This document shows, piece by piece, positions 1 through 11,480 of a stretch of 64,000 nucleotides of DNA. Under the pieces are notes generated by a model, which worked only from the letters and a program-made list of their open reading frames with translations, had not been told where the DNA came from and searched no databases. Position numbers and translations under genes: made by a program. Source of the stretch: Guillardia theta CCMP2712 (taxonomy: Eukaryota; Protista; Cryptophyta); the NCBI RefSeq assembly GCF_000315625.1, contig NW_005434655.1, forward strand, positions 190,093-254,092. Reading direction: 5' to 3'. Each line of letters begins with the position of its first letter. Position 1 is the first letter of the stretch.

Positions 1-195
1 TTGCAGGTGAAGTTATGTGAAGACCATTTCAACACAAACAGTTCCATCCTCATCCTCGTCCTCCTCCTCCTCCTCCTCCTCCTCCACCTCCTCCTCCTCC
101 TGTCTCCTCTAGCTCTTCTCTTCTTCCTTCCCCTGCTCCCAATCCAGCATTTCTTGTAGGATGCATTTCTTCCTTCGTCTCTACTATCATAACAG

Positions 196-1001
196 CTCAG
201 CAGGCATCCCATGTACGGAGGGTTGATTCTTGCTTGCATCGGGCTAGCCATGACAACTGTGTCCTTCAGCAGGATGCTTTTCACCATGTGAGCTCCCGCC
301 AAGGGAGGAGGAGGAGGAGGAGGAGGAGGAGGAGGAAGGACGCGGTCGGACGAGGGAGGGAGGATTACTTGGAGGATGTGGTTGGAGGGGGTTGGGTAGG
401 GTGAGATAGGAGAGTCGCTGAGGGAAGGAGGAGAGGGAGAGGGAGCAAGGAGCGGGGAAGGTGATGGGGCAAGGAGATGGAGGGAGCAGGGAGAGAGGGA
501 TGGAGGAGGGGGAAGCAGTCTAAGAAGGAGGACGGAGATGGGGACGGGGGAGGGAGGACGGAGAACGGAGGAGCTGACGATATACCCCCAGCATTCTCCT
601 CCTCATTCTCGATCAGAAGGTATGTAGATGTCTCCTAACCCTCGTGTTCTCACTCGGCCCCAGGCCAATGTGGAGGAAGGCTACCTCATCCAGAAGCACG
701 GAGAGTAAGAGGAGGAGGAGGACGAGGAGGACGAGGAGGACGAGGAGGACGAGGAGGAGGAGGAGGAGGAGGAGGAGGAGGCTGAGGAAAGGAGCAGAGG
801 AGGTTTGATAAGGTTGGCAGGAGCTACAAGGAGTATTCAAAAAGAGTTCCAAAGCTCGTGCCCAACGATCTTGACAAGGTAGGAAAATATTTTTAGGGCG
901 AAGAAGGAGGAGGGGAGGGGAGGAGAGGGGAGGGGAGGGGACAGGAGAGGTGAAATTCGTGGCAGGTGAAGGCATTCATTGAGAAGGTGATGAGCTCGTG
1001 A
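196..1001 (+). CDS. 3' part of a PEMT/ICMT-family (isoprenylcysteine/phospholipid) membrane methyltransferase; 5' end upstream or unresolved
   Basis: Exons 196-288, 592-619, 664-704, 821-878 and 966-1001, all GT-AG, splice to LSRHPMYGGLILACIGLAMTTVSFSRMLFTIILLLILDQKANVEEGYLIQKHGESYKEYSKRVPKLVP...KVMSS*. RHPxY followed by EE..L...G..Y..Y...VP is the family signature. Confidence 0.85.
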
Positions 1002-1226
1002 GGTTTGGACATTGGAAGAGGACAGGAGGAGGAAACGATTTTAACGAGGTGAGATAGAGAAGATTTTATTACCCCATGAAAGGGAAATTTCACCCACTTA
1101 CACCGCTGAAGCGCCTCCTCCTCCTCCTCCTCCTCCTCCTCCTCCTTCTCTTCTCCCTCCTCCTTGTCATCATCATCATCTCCATCATCATCATCTCCAT
1201 CATCATCATCATCGTCGTCGTCGTCG

Positions 1227-1262
<36 letters not shown>

Positions 1263-1310
1263 CCTTCTTGCACTTCTTCCTCTTTATATCAATATCTTCA
1301 TCGTCCATGT

Positions 1311-1651
1311 ACATTAAAGTTTTCAAGTCTTGATCCTTGCTCACACCTCTTCCTCTTCCTCCTCCTCCTCCTCCTGCACCAGCTCCTTCCTGCTTTCCGG
1401 AGTTTCTCCTGACGGCCCTGATGCGATTTCAGATCCTCCTTTGACTCCCTCCCTCCTTCCCCTCCCTCCCTCCCCTCCCACCATCTCGTTCTCACCGCTC
1501 ATGGAGGAGCGGAAAGATCCGAGGGGATCTCTGATGAATGCTGCAGAGCACATGAGGTCTGGATTTTTGAGTAGAGGTGGAGGACGAGGAGGACGAGGAG
1601 GACGAGGAGGACGAGGAGGACGAGGAGGACGAGGAGGACGAGGAGGACGAG

Positions 1652-1693
<42 letters not shown>

Positions 1694-1694
1694 A

Positions 1695-1732
<38 letters not shown>

Positions 1733-3412
1733 CTACTACTGCTCCTCATGCTGCAGTTGGCAATGATGGGGAGGAGGGAGGAGGGGAGGGAAGGAGGAAG
1801 GAAGGACGAGGGACTAAGGACGAGGGATGAGGGAGGGAGAAGGAGTTCACCTTTGCGGGTTCTGTTGTTTGCAGTGGGACGAATTGTCGGAGCCTGAAAG
1901 AGATCAGAAAGGTGGTTTGGAGGAGAGGCGATGGTGGAGAAAAACCAGTTGTTGAGGAGGAGGAGGAGGAGGAGGAGGAGGAGGAGAAGCAGCAGCAGCA
2001 GCAGCAGAAGAAGAAGAAGAAGAANNNNNNNNNNNNNNNNNNNNNNNNNNNNNNNNNNNNNNNNNNNNNNNNNNNNNNNNNNNNNNNNNNNNNNNNNNNN
2101 NNNNNNNNNNNNNNNNNNNNNNNNNNNNNNNNNNNNNNNNNNNNNNNNNNNNNNNNNNNNNNNNNNNNNNNNNNNNNNNNNNNNNNNNNNNNNNNNNNNN
2201 NNNNNNNNNNNNNNNNNNNNNNNNNNNNNNNNNNNNNNNNNNNNNNNNNNNNNNNNNNNNNNNNNNNNNNNNNNNNNNNNNNNNNNNNNNNNNNNNNNNN
2301 NNNNNNNNNNNNNNNNNNNNNNNNNNNNNNNNNNNNNNNNNNNNNNNNNNNNNNNNNNNNNNNNNNNNNNNNNNNNNNNNNNNNNNNNNNNNNNNNNNNN
2401 NNNNNNNNNNNNNNNNNNNNNNNNNNNNNNNNNNNNNNNNNNNNNNNNNNNNNNNNNNNNNNNNNNNNNNNNNNNNNNNNNNNNNNNNNNNNNNNNNNNN
2501 NNNNNNNNNNNNNNNNNNNNNAAGCTGGGAGGGGGTGGGGGGGGAGACGAGGACGGAGGCCCAAGGGCTACCTCACCTGCTTCTCAACCTCATCGATGGA
2601 CTTCTGTCTCCTCGAGGACGCGGGGGAGGGATGGCGAATGCTTGGGGGTCCAGACTGGACCAGCCCTGAGAGGATACTGAGCCTGTAGAGCTCGTAGTCC
2701 GCCTGCTTTACCTCCAGCAGCCTCTCCACCTGCATGCCCACCTGCCCCCCACCAAGAGACTCCCTCTTCCTCCTCCCCCTTGCAGGGGACCCTGCTGAGG
2801 AGCTCAAGATGGTGTTCAGCCCCTGGTCGTCCGAGCGGGGAGGGGGAGGAGGAGGAGAGGAGGAGGAGAAGGTAAGGGTAAGGCTACACTCTGCTGCGAC
2901 TCGCTGCAGCAAGTCGCAGAAGGAGGGGAAGGAGGAATCTCCCAGGGGCCTGCTCGCGTCCTCCTCCAGCAGCTTGTCTATGAACGGGGAGCCCTCGAAC
3001 TTGTCCCGGAGGAAGGAGTCGCTCACAAGCTGAGCATGCTGCCTTAGACTCCCCTGCATGTCCTGGTCGAGAGGAGGAGAAGGAGGATCTTGATGTACAT
3101 CTGAGCTTTCCTCTGTGTTCGCATCTGCCTTGTTCTCTTCCTCCTTTCTCTTTCCCTCCTCTCCGCTCCTGTCCTTCTCCCTCGCAGCCCCCTCTCCCCT
3201 TCTCTCCCCTTCCGTCCCCTCCTCTTCCTCCTGGCCTTCCCGTCGCAGCGACATGTGCAGCTCCTTGCATTGCTCTACATCGAGGACGACACGCCTCAGG
3301 CTCCTGCTCGGACTAGCCTCCTCCATTCTCACCATCTTGCTCAAACCCGATCCTCCTTGCTCTCTCTGCCCCCCCTGTCTCCTCCTCCTCGCGCACGCTC
3401 ACTCTCCTCCTC

Positions 3413-3448
<36 letters not shown>

Positions 3449-4017
3449 NNNNNNNNNNNNNNNNNNNNNNNNNNNNNNNNNNNNNNNNNNNNNNNNNNNN
3501 NNNNNNNNNNNNNNNNNNNNNNNNNNNNNNNNNNNNNNNNNNNNNNNNTTTCTCGACTCTGCCACGTTGCATTCGGCTTGTCCCTGTGCACCCTTGATAC
3601 CCGGGACCTCTGCTGCTGCACCTTACTGCCCTGCCTGCCTCCCTCCTCCTGCTCTTCCTCCCTCCGCTGGGAGAACTTCACCGCCTCCTCCTCCATGGAG
3701 AGCTGGCCGAGCTCCATCGTATCATCCAGCGAGGCTCGGAGTGTGCTCAACTCTCCTTCCTTCATATTCTCAATCAGCTGCGAAAGCTCGTCGCCTCCTT
3801 CTGTTCCATGCAGCGCCGGCAACGGAGACCTGCTCCTCCTGCTGCGAGCTTCGCGCGCCTCAAGGTTCGAAGGCTGGATCAGAGCAGAGAGCATGAGGAG
3901 GGAAATCGGTGGAAAGCAGAGTCTCACCCTCCTCGACCTCCTCCTCGCGTCCAAGTCGTGCTCGAACTCAAACATCGCGTGCTTGATAGTCTTGACCGCC
4001 TGCATCACCTCATTCAC
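1311..4017 (-). CDS. Hypothetical acidic/coiled-coil protein, multi-exon, interrupted by gaps; boundaries approximate
   Basis: ORFs 3313-4017 and 2568-3344 read as natural Glu-rich protein (KHAMFEFEHDL..., RDKFEGSPFIDKLLEE..., VERLLEVKQADYELYRL). No family motif recognised. Confidence 0.45.
2025..2521. other. Assembly gap (others at 3449-3548, 4250-4789, 10683-10782, 41682-41781)
   Basis: Runs of N, several abutting microsatellites. Confidence 0.99.
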
Positions 4018-4857
4018 CCAGCCAACCTCCCTTGCCCATCAACTCCTCCTCCTTACCCCCCCCCCCCCCCCGCCCCTCACCATCCTTTTTGATTTTTAGC
4101 TCGGGCCACTGTTGACAACACACGAAAATGCTTCGTTTTCAGACAATCTCGACATTCATCACCAACAATACAGCAGGCTGCATGGCATTAAAAGACGAAA
4201 CATCTCAGATCTCTTCTTCTAAGTTAGAAACGAACTTAATCAGTCTTTCNNNNNNNNNNNNNNNNNNNNNNNNNNNNNNNNNNNNNNNNNNNNNNNNNNN
4301 NNNNNNNNNNNNNNNNNNNNNNNNNNNNNNNNNNNNNNNNNNNNNNNNNNNNNNNNNNNNNNNNNNNNNNNNNNNNNNNNNNNNNNNNNNNNNNNNNNNN
4401 NNNNNNNNNNNNNNNNNNNNNNNNNNNNNNNNNNNNNNNNNNNNNNNNNNNNNNNNNNNNNNNNNNNNNNNNNNNNNNNNNNNNNNNNNNNNNNNNNNNN
4501 NNNNNNNNNNNNNNNNNNNNNNNNNNNNNNNNNNNNNNNNNNNNNNNNNNNNNNNNNNNNNNNNNNNNNNNNNNNNNNNNNNNNNNNNNNNNNNNNNNNN
4601 NNNNNNNNNNNNNNNNNNNNNNNNNNNNNNNNNNNNNNNNNNNNNNNNNNNNNNNNNNNNNNNNNNNNNNNNNNNNNNNNNNNNNNNNNNNNNNNNNNNN
4701 NNNNNNNNNNNNNNNNNNNNNNNNNNNNNNNNNNNNNNNNNNNNNNNNNNNNNNNNNNNNNNNNNNNNNNNNNNNNNNNNNNNNNNNNNTGTCACTAATC
4801 GTCCTCCCTCCGCCCCTCTCTTGCCGTATATCCCCCATAACGGCATGCGCGCGCGAC

Positions 4858-4897
<40 letters not shown>

Positions 4898-5784
4898 AAG
4901 ACAGAGAGGCATTGCGGTAAAAGATTTTGACAGCCGTTGAAAAGCTTGTCAAATTAACCGACACAGCAGCAGTAGAGTAGTAGTAGAAGAAGAGGAGATT
5001 AGTCTCTCACTCAAACTCACATCTTGACGGAGCTCCGAGGCTCTAACCTTCCAGGCACCTCACGCTCCTACCTGCGCTGGTTCTGGACGTCACAGGGGAG
5101 ATCGAGGGGGAGGGGGTCCAGGGAGAGGAGGGAGTGCCCGAGAAGGAGCCTGGGGGCAGTGGATGGTGGAGGGGTTGGGGGGTGGGGGGTGGAGGGTAGC
5201 ACGACAGGAGATTTCGGAGCATAGATCCAGCTACCATACCCATGATCATCAGGTTTCCAACCAGAAGCGTCCTCAGGGTCCTCACCTGAAGCCTCAAGTT
5301 GTTGCCATCACTGCAGGTACCGATGATCTCCCTCATGCTCACTTGCTTTCCAACTTGCAAATCACCATGGCGCATTTGGATCCGTCTAGTGATGTAGAGG
5401 CGACGTGAGGGAGAAGCCTTCAATTTGTCTCACACGTCTTCATTTTCTACGGATCTTGCGCTTCTACTCCTCGTGCAAACCTCGGTTCCCGACTTGTTAC
5501 TGGGGCCGCTGCTGGTGTTGGACATAGAAATGGGGTTTGCTTGTTTCACAGATTGCTACTCTCAACGATAGAGTGCATTCAGATGTTGAAGTAAACTTTT
5601 ATAAAAAGTACGGAGGAGTCTGGGTAATTCATGAGCAGACGAGAGAAGGAAAGGAAACAGATTTTCACGGATGGAAAATATGAGTTTGTGAAGATGTGCA
5701 TTCGTCTGCAGAGGAAAGAAAAATAGAACACTTTTATTTCATGTTCACATCGCATATCAGCTGCGAGACACCCATCAAGGCTGT

Positions 5785-6337
5785 TTATCCAGAGCAGGGA
5801 GTGGTGGAGTCAGTGCAGAGGACGATGTCACCGTTGTCATAGACGCTGTCGGTCACACCGAACTTGCCAAAGATGTCGTGCTTGGTAGCATAGTCAGAGG
5901 CTCCTCCGCCGAAGTTGTCGCCGTAGTTCCACACGGCTCCCTGGTTGCCAGAGGCAGAGGTGTCATCGGTGATGGTGGTAAGGGGCCACTCGGAGGAGAA
6001 GAGCTGCTGGACACGTCTGGCGTCGGAGAACTGCAGCATGAAGTCAGCATGTGATGAGGATCATCCGATGGGAGATAAGATACAGGAACAATCAATCGCA
6101 AGAATTGCAAACTCACACTCGCACAACATGGATCCACAAGGACCTCAGATTTTGTCGTTACAGGAATTGAGTGTACAAGACCAAATGCATGCAGAGCACA
6201 TGAGAGAAAGTAGCGAGTGAAGAAGTAGAGAAGATGCTCATGGTAGTTGGTACTTCAGCGATTGTAAGGAGAAGAGAAGGAGGGAACTAGAGAATTGGCG
6301 AAGGAACATGCACACAACCAACTACAAAGCTTACCAT
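5785..6337 (-). CDS. Small acidic Gly/Asp/Thr-rich protein, copy A (82 aa, MFSDARRVQQLFSSEWPLTT...LCTDSTTPCSG)
   Basis: ATG at 6337-6335 is followed directly by a GTAAG donor. Intron 6334-6031 ends ...ctgcag, and exon 2 is 6030-5785. A paralog at 9596-9983 has the same structure; AATAAA lies in the 3' UTR. Confidence 0.85.
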
Positions 6338-7339
6338 CGTGCGATAGACTCTCCTCTGCTCTCTCCCGGTTTTATTGCACCGCCCCTACCCTACCCACCC
6401 TACCCCTCCCACACCCTACCCCCTCACACCAAATTCCACTATACAAAAACCTTAAATGACCCTACCCTACTACATGGCGCAAATCGTACCCAAGAAACCA
6501 ATCACCCTCTGATGTTCGGTAAAAATGACGGGTACTATGCGTGGACGGGGTGCTTTGGAAGGTGCGAATGGGTGTTCGTCGGAACTGTGAAAACTGAGAT
6601 ATGCAGGCCCGGTTGCCATAAGGGGGATGACATATGAGGGGGTGGTAGCCTTTGTCAACTTGTAACTCTAGCCTGGGGGGTGGTGCGCGGCGCTCCAGGA
6701 ATAGACTCACCGCCGGCAGCAACAATCTCTTAAAACAATGTAAGTTTGTACCAAAATAAATAAACTACTTATTTTATGGTACAAAGTTCCAAGATTGTGG
6801 TACAAATGCTGTTGGTTCCAATTGACGGGGGCTTCCGACAAATGTACCATGGGATCTTTACAACTAGTGCCTAAAACTGATATAAAGTGAATAGCAGTAT
6901 ATTGGCCCGCATTAATGGTACTACGGTACTAATGGGAGGCTATAACGCTCATTGTTGGACTTGTCCTTTACGTCTGGGGGTGACGGGCCTACTTTGCCTG
7001 GCGAAGGGTCAGCACACTTTTATATTTGCTCACTACATGCAAATGTATTTTTATTTATAGCCGCAAGTACTTAACTGTTAGTACCACGTGTGGGCAACAT
7101 TAGTATTACCAGACTGAACAGTACTGTTTGCAGTACCAGATTCGCCTAGCCTGGGAAGTTTTGGGTTCTGGACGCTCGGCTAATAATTCGTTGGCGGGAG
7201 TATAGTACGGGTGATCAGATATGGTCAGTACTGGCTGATTATTATTTTTACTTGCCGCAGTACTGAGCAACTATATCCCGTATCCGGCGAGCCAGTTTTT
7301 TAAACTTGCCGCAGGTCAGAGTCAAAGCAAGTAGCAACG

Positions 7340-8030
7340 GTAGGAACCGTTCGCCGGAACTGTGACTTCCGAAGTTCGCCGCCGCTCAGTGGGCCCCGCC
7401 GGCGGCGGCGGGCGGTGCCTCACTGAGTCAGTCACCGGGCCCGGTGACGCCCGGCCGGTACTCGGGCGCCGAAAAAAAAAAGTCTGGGTCGGACTCACGA
7501 CAGAGTTTGTCAGGACGGTTAAGCCTCATCCGAGGCTCAGCGGCTCGACTCCGGCCGATCCGAGCGGAGGCTCGTACCGTAGTACTGATCATCGATACTA
7601 GGCTATCATATAGCTCAGTAACTTTCAAAGAGTAAACTCCGGAACGACTACGCCGGATCAGCCTGGCACCGTGCCGCAGTGCCAGGGCCCCGCCGCCGCT
7701 GCGCCCGCCGCACCGCCGGGGACGCCGCGGCCCGGCCGCCCGGCGCCGCGGCCGCCCGGCCCGGGCCCCCGGCGGGACTCAGTGGCAGTACGGTGGGCCA
7801 CTCACCGGCACGCGACGGTGCCCGGCCACTGAGTCGGTCACCGTGAAGTTCCCACGAAGGGGCTTCAAGGCCCGGGAGGCTCCCGGCGGCGGCGGCAGTA
7901 AGTTCATGATTTCACAGGCTCAGGATGGCATCCGATGATCGGAGAGTCGGCAACATCATGAGTCAGGCCCAGTAGTAGTATCATCATCATGGCATTCGTC
8001 GGTCATTGAATGACCGGCTCGGACCTCCGG
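7340..8030. repeat. GC-rich intergenic block built from short palindromes/inverted microrepeats
   Basis: Perfect 18-bp palindrome gtcaccgggcccggtgac at 7431-7448 and ggtcatt-g-aatgacc at 8001-8015. Many CCGG, GTGAC/GTCAC, AGTACT and ACTGAGT words. Confidence 0.6.
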
Positions 8031-9595
8031 AGCCGACGATCCGATCATCAACGTGTGGTGAGGAGGCCATCAGTACACTGTGGCGATGCCGAAGGGAAGC
8101 CTAGACTTTGCCTGGCCGCCAGAGTCGGACGTGCTGAGCCTGGCCGCATACGGACTCTGAATAACGATGAGCATGTGGATCTTCCTCTGCCGCCGCTTTC
8201 ATCAAAGTTTGCCGCTTGAGCAAGGTCCGGTACCTGGCATGATTATCAAATACCGTGGTACTCAAGTGTGACATGCTCAAGGATCTACCCGTGCTATCGT
8301 ATCGCCGCCTCGCAAGTGTCGAAGTTCACAGTTCCCAATAGGATGATCATCGGGCCCGTGCTGAGGAACATTCTGCCTGGTCCCAGGAATACTTCAGTAC
8401 TTGCACACGGCCCCACCACCCTGACTTTTTGATGAGCGTGCTGAGTGCATCACTGCACTTCTCATCAGTACGCATGTGTCCTAAAGAGCTGTGTTCCCTC
8501 CAGGTTGCCATGTGTATGGTCGTGTCAACCGGGTTGCCTGTGATATTCGAAGGTGGGTAGTGATGTGCCCCCTCAGACTTGAAAGCTTGGCTCGGGATGA
8601 ACAACGCAATTTGTGGCATGGTCAGTCCAACGGTCAAATCCGAACACACGGACAGTAGTGAGTCAGTCGCCACTGCTGCTGCGCCTGAACCAGGGAGACG
8701 ACTTGTGCTGAGCGGCGGAGGCTTGGAGTGTTACGGCACTGATGACCTCCAGTCTGAGGCTCCTCGGCCTGTAGGTTGAGTTGCCACGGAATCATGTACA
8801 AGTTTGCAACCGTTCCGAGGCTGCGTGACTCGTCATCAGGCTGGTTCAGGCTTCGAGTCTCCAGCAGCTCAGCATTCGATAGTGAGCGATTGAAAAGCAC
8901 CTGAAGAAAAGGAAAAAGCAGTGTGAGGCAGAAGAAGTTCATCATAAGGACGAGACCCATGAGAGGCAGTGGATTCGAGGATCAGTTGGATATGTGAAAG
9001 TGTTAGTTCTGGTAACGCTATCCGAGCTCTGCGAAGGTGAGCTCAAGCCTCCTCAGGGCACTCTTACATCTACATAGACAACAAGGGCTCTGTCATGTCG
9101 GCGACTCGCTCTCTGGAGTAAACCACCCCTGCTTGGCAACATGACAGACAGCGAGTGTCAGATACGAGTAGTGGTTCTCCTGCACTGTGGTACGTCAGGC
9201 AGGTTCTCAAAAGGAGCACCAGATCGCTCATGCGTTAGGTGCCACAGAACTGCTGGTGGTTCCCCTAAACTGTAAAAGGATCGTAAACAACTTCTTGAGG
9301 TGGTCTGTCCTCTTGCTGCCTATGCCATGAACCCATCTACTATGTGTGTACATCTGGGATCAACTTCATCTCACTTCCATTCACCTTGGATGAGTGGGAT
9401 CCAGGAGATGTGACAAGATGTGCTTTGAGCATTTGCTGTGGCAGTCTGAAGGTGCCATATCACTGTAATGACTTGAGAGCAAAGTTTAAATTGAAGTGCA
9501 AAAAAAGGCTCAAGAATGCAAAATTTTAAATAAATAGAACACTTTTATTTCATGTTCACATCGCATATCAGCTGCGAGACACCCATCAGGGCTGT

Positions 9596-9983
9596 TTATC
9601 CAGAGCAGGAGGTGGCAGAGTCAGTGCAGAGGACGATGTCACCGTTGGCGTAGACGCTGTCGGTCACACCAAAGCTGCCAAAGATGTCGTGCTTGGTAGC
9701 ATAGTCAGAGGCTCCTCCGCCGAAGTTGTCGCCGTAGTTCCAGGAGGCACCATCGTTGCCCTCAGCGCTGCTGTCATCGGTGATGGTGGTAAGGGGCCAC
9801 TCGGAGGTGAAGGTGGAGGTGAGCTTCTGGATACGTCTGGCGTCGGAGAACTGCACCATGTGATCAGTTCATATGTTACAGGATCAGAGGTGAATTCAAT
9901 CACTGTGACGAATTGAGTCATCAGCATCATGTAACATCAATCACATCACAACCATCAGCAGGACATCGGATATCGCTCACCAT
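9596..9983 (-). CDS. Small acidic Gly/Asp/Thr-rich protein, copy B (85 aa, MFSDARRIQKLTSTFTSEWPLTT...LCTDSATSCSG)
   Basis: ATG at 9983-9981 is followed by a GTGAG donor. Intron 9980-9851 ends ...gtgcag, and exon 2 is 9850-9596. Close paralog of copy A. Confidence 0.85.
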
Positions 9984-10789
9984 CTTGCGATGAAGGCCGA
10001 AGCAATCCCTCCTGTATTTATTTCCTCCGTCCCTACCCCCTCACCCCACCCTACCCTACTCAACCATACCAAGGAACCCTTTGTTTCTCGGCGACTGGAA
10101 CCCGAAAATGTACCCGGCCGTCTCTGTGACTGAGGGGCCCGGACTGCTGGGGTGGTGGAGCGATTGGATCCCCTTGTTCGTAGGGGTAAGGGGTGGTAGG
10201 GTAGGCTAGTAGGCCAATGGACTTCCGGTGTAGACAGACTCTGATAGGGGTACTTTGCTCAGGGGGTCACCGTAGGGCAAAAGGGGGGTTGGGGGTCAGG
10301 TGGAGGCCCATAGACACACCGAGGTTGACCGGTAGTGACAGATCCTTTAAATTGTTTTATCCTTCATCGGTCTATTTTATTCGGAATTAGTACTAGTCCC
10401 ACTGTGTTGAATCTGTACCTTTGTACTGCGTGCCCTGCCTTGCGGTACAGATCCGGATACACTCTCAAAATCTTTTTAGCGACCAGAATAGATTTCTTTT
10501 TTGCTGCCGTTGCTAATTCGGGCAGCGAACTTCGGACGGAAAGACCCCCACCCCCCATTCAAACGGGAAAACACCGAGTCAGGGGTACGGTACTGTGAGA
10601 GGCTCTGCTGAGGCGGAGGGGCTTGCCCGGCCCCAATCTTTACCCCGTGACTGATACTCGAGTCGGAATCGCCGTGACTCTTNNNNNNNNNNNNNNNNNN
10701 NNNNNNNNNNNNNNNNNNNNNNNNNNNNNNNNNNNNNNNNNNNNNNNNNNNNNNNNNNNNNNNNNNNNNNNNNNNNNNNNNNGTCAACT

Positions 10790-11400
10790 TCTGAACGGTC
10801 AGGCTCAGCGGCTCGCGCCGGCTTAGTCACGAGTACGGTCAGTAAGCGTCACCGTGACGGTGACAACTTCGGAAGCCTGGCGTGCGGCGCGGCGGCCCGG
10901 GCGGCCGCGGCCGGGCCGCCGCGTCACCCCGGGCGGCGTCCGCCCACCGTACCGTGGTGGCCGGGCCGGGTGACGCCGGCTCCGACTGGCCGCAGTCACA
11001 GACCGTACGGTGGCACCCCGCGGTCCCCGGCGTAGTAACTTACTTCTAGGCCCTAGTCACTACTCAGAGTATTACGAGTCACTCAGTCACTCAAAGTTGA
11101 CTAGTAAGTTAAAGATAACTGTACTTCGTAATAATGAAGCCTACTGAGTAATCATACGGCGGTGCGGGGGCGGTATAATTCATTGGTAGAGTCAGGGCGC
11201 CCTGAAAAAGTTCCGAGTCACCTCGATGACCGGCCCGCGGCGCCGTACACCGGCGTGGCACGCGGCACGCCCCGCCGGGCGCGGCCCGGTCACCGGGTAA
11301 CGGCCGGGGCCCGCCGTCCGTCAGCCACTGGAGTTACTCGCCGGTCCGTCACTGACCGTGTCGCAGTCGCCGCCGGTGCGACCGTACGAGTCAAGTTTGA
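10790..11400. repeat. GC-rich palindromic intergenic block
   Basis: gtcaccgt-g-acggtgac at 10848-10864; dense CCGG/GTGAC/GTAC words as in 7340-8030. Confidence 0.55.
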
Positions 11401-11480
11401 ATTGGCGTGTGAAAACGTTCCGTCCTTGCCCCCAATCTGTACGCAGGATGCAAGGGGCCTCTGCATCAGTTACCCCGTTC

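Noticed and set aside
613-2020. Long ORFs of poly-D/E/S/L/I or RGG repeats
   Set aside because: Translations of triplet microsatellites, which lack stops in most frames; mostly intronic or antisense.
6745-6785. AT-rich inverted repeat tttgtacca...tggtacaaa as a MITE end
   Set aside because: Single short hairpin with no second copy, target-site duplication or transposase in the window.
8200-9500. Short ORFs between the microprotein paralogs
   Set aside because: No recognisable motif or consistent exon chain; may be a decayed gene or TE, but I cannot support a call.
5785-9983. Assignment of the microproteins to RebB/Tri ejectisome proteins or phycobiliprotein alpha subunits
   Set aside because: No matching motifs or targeting peptide recognised; only the size is similar.
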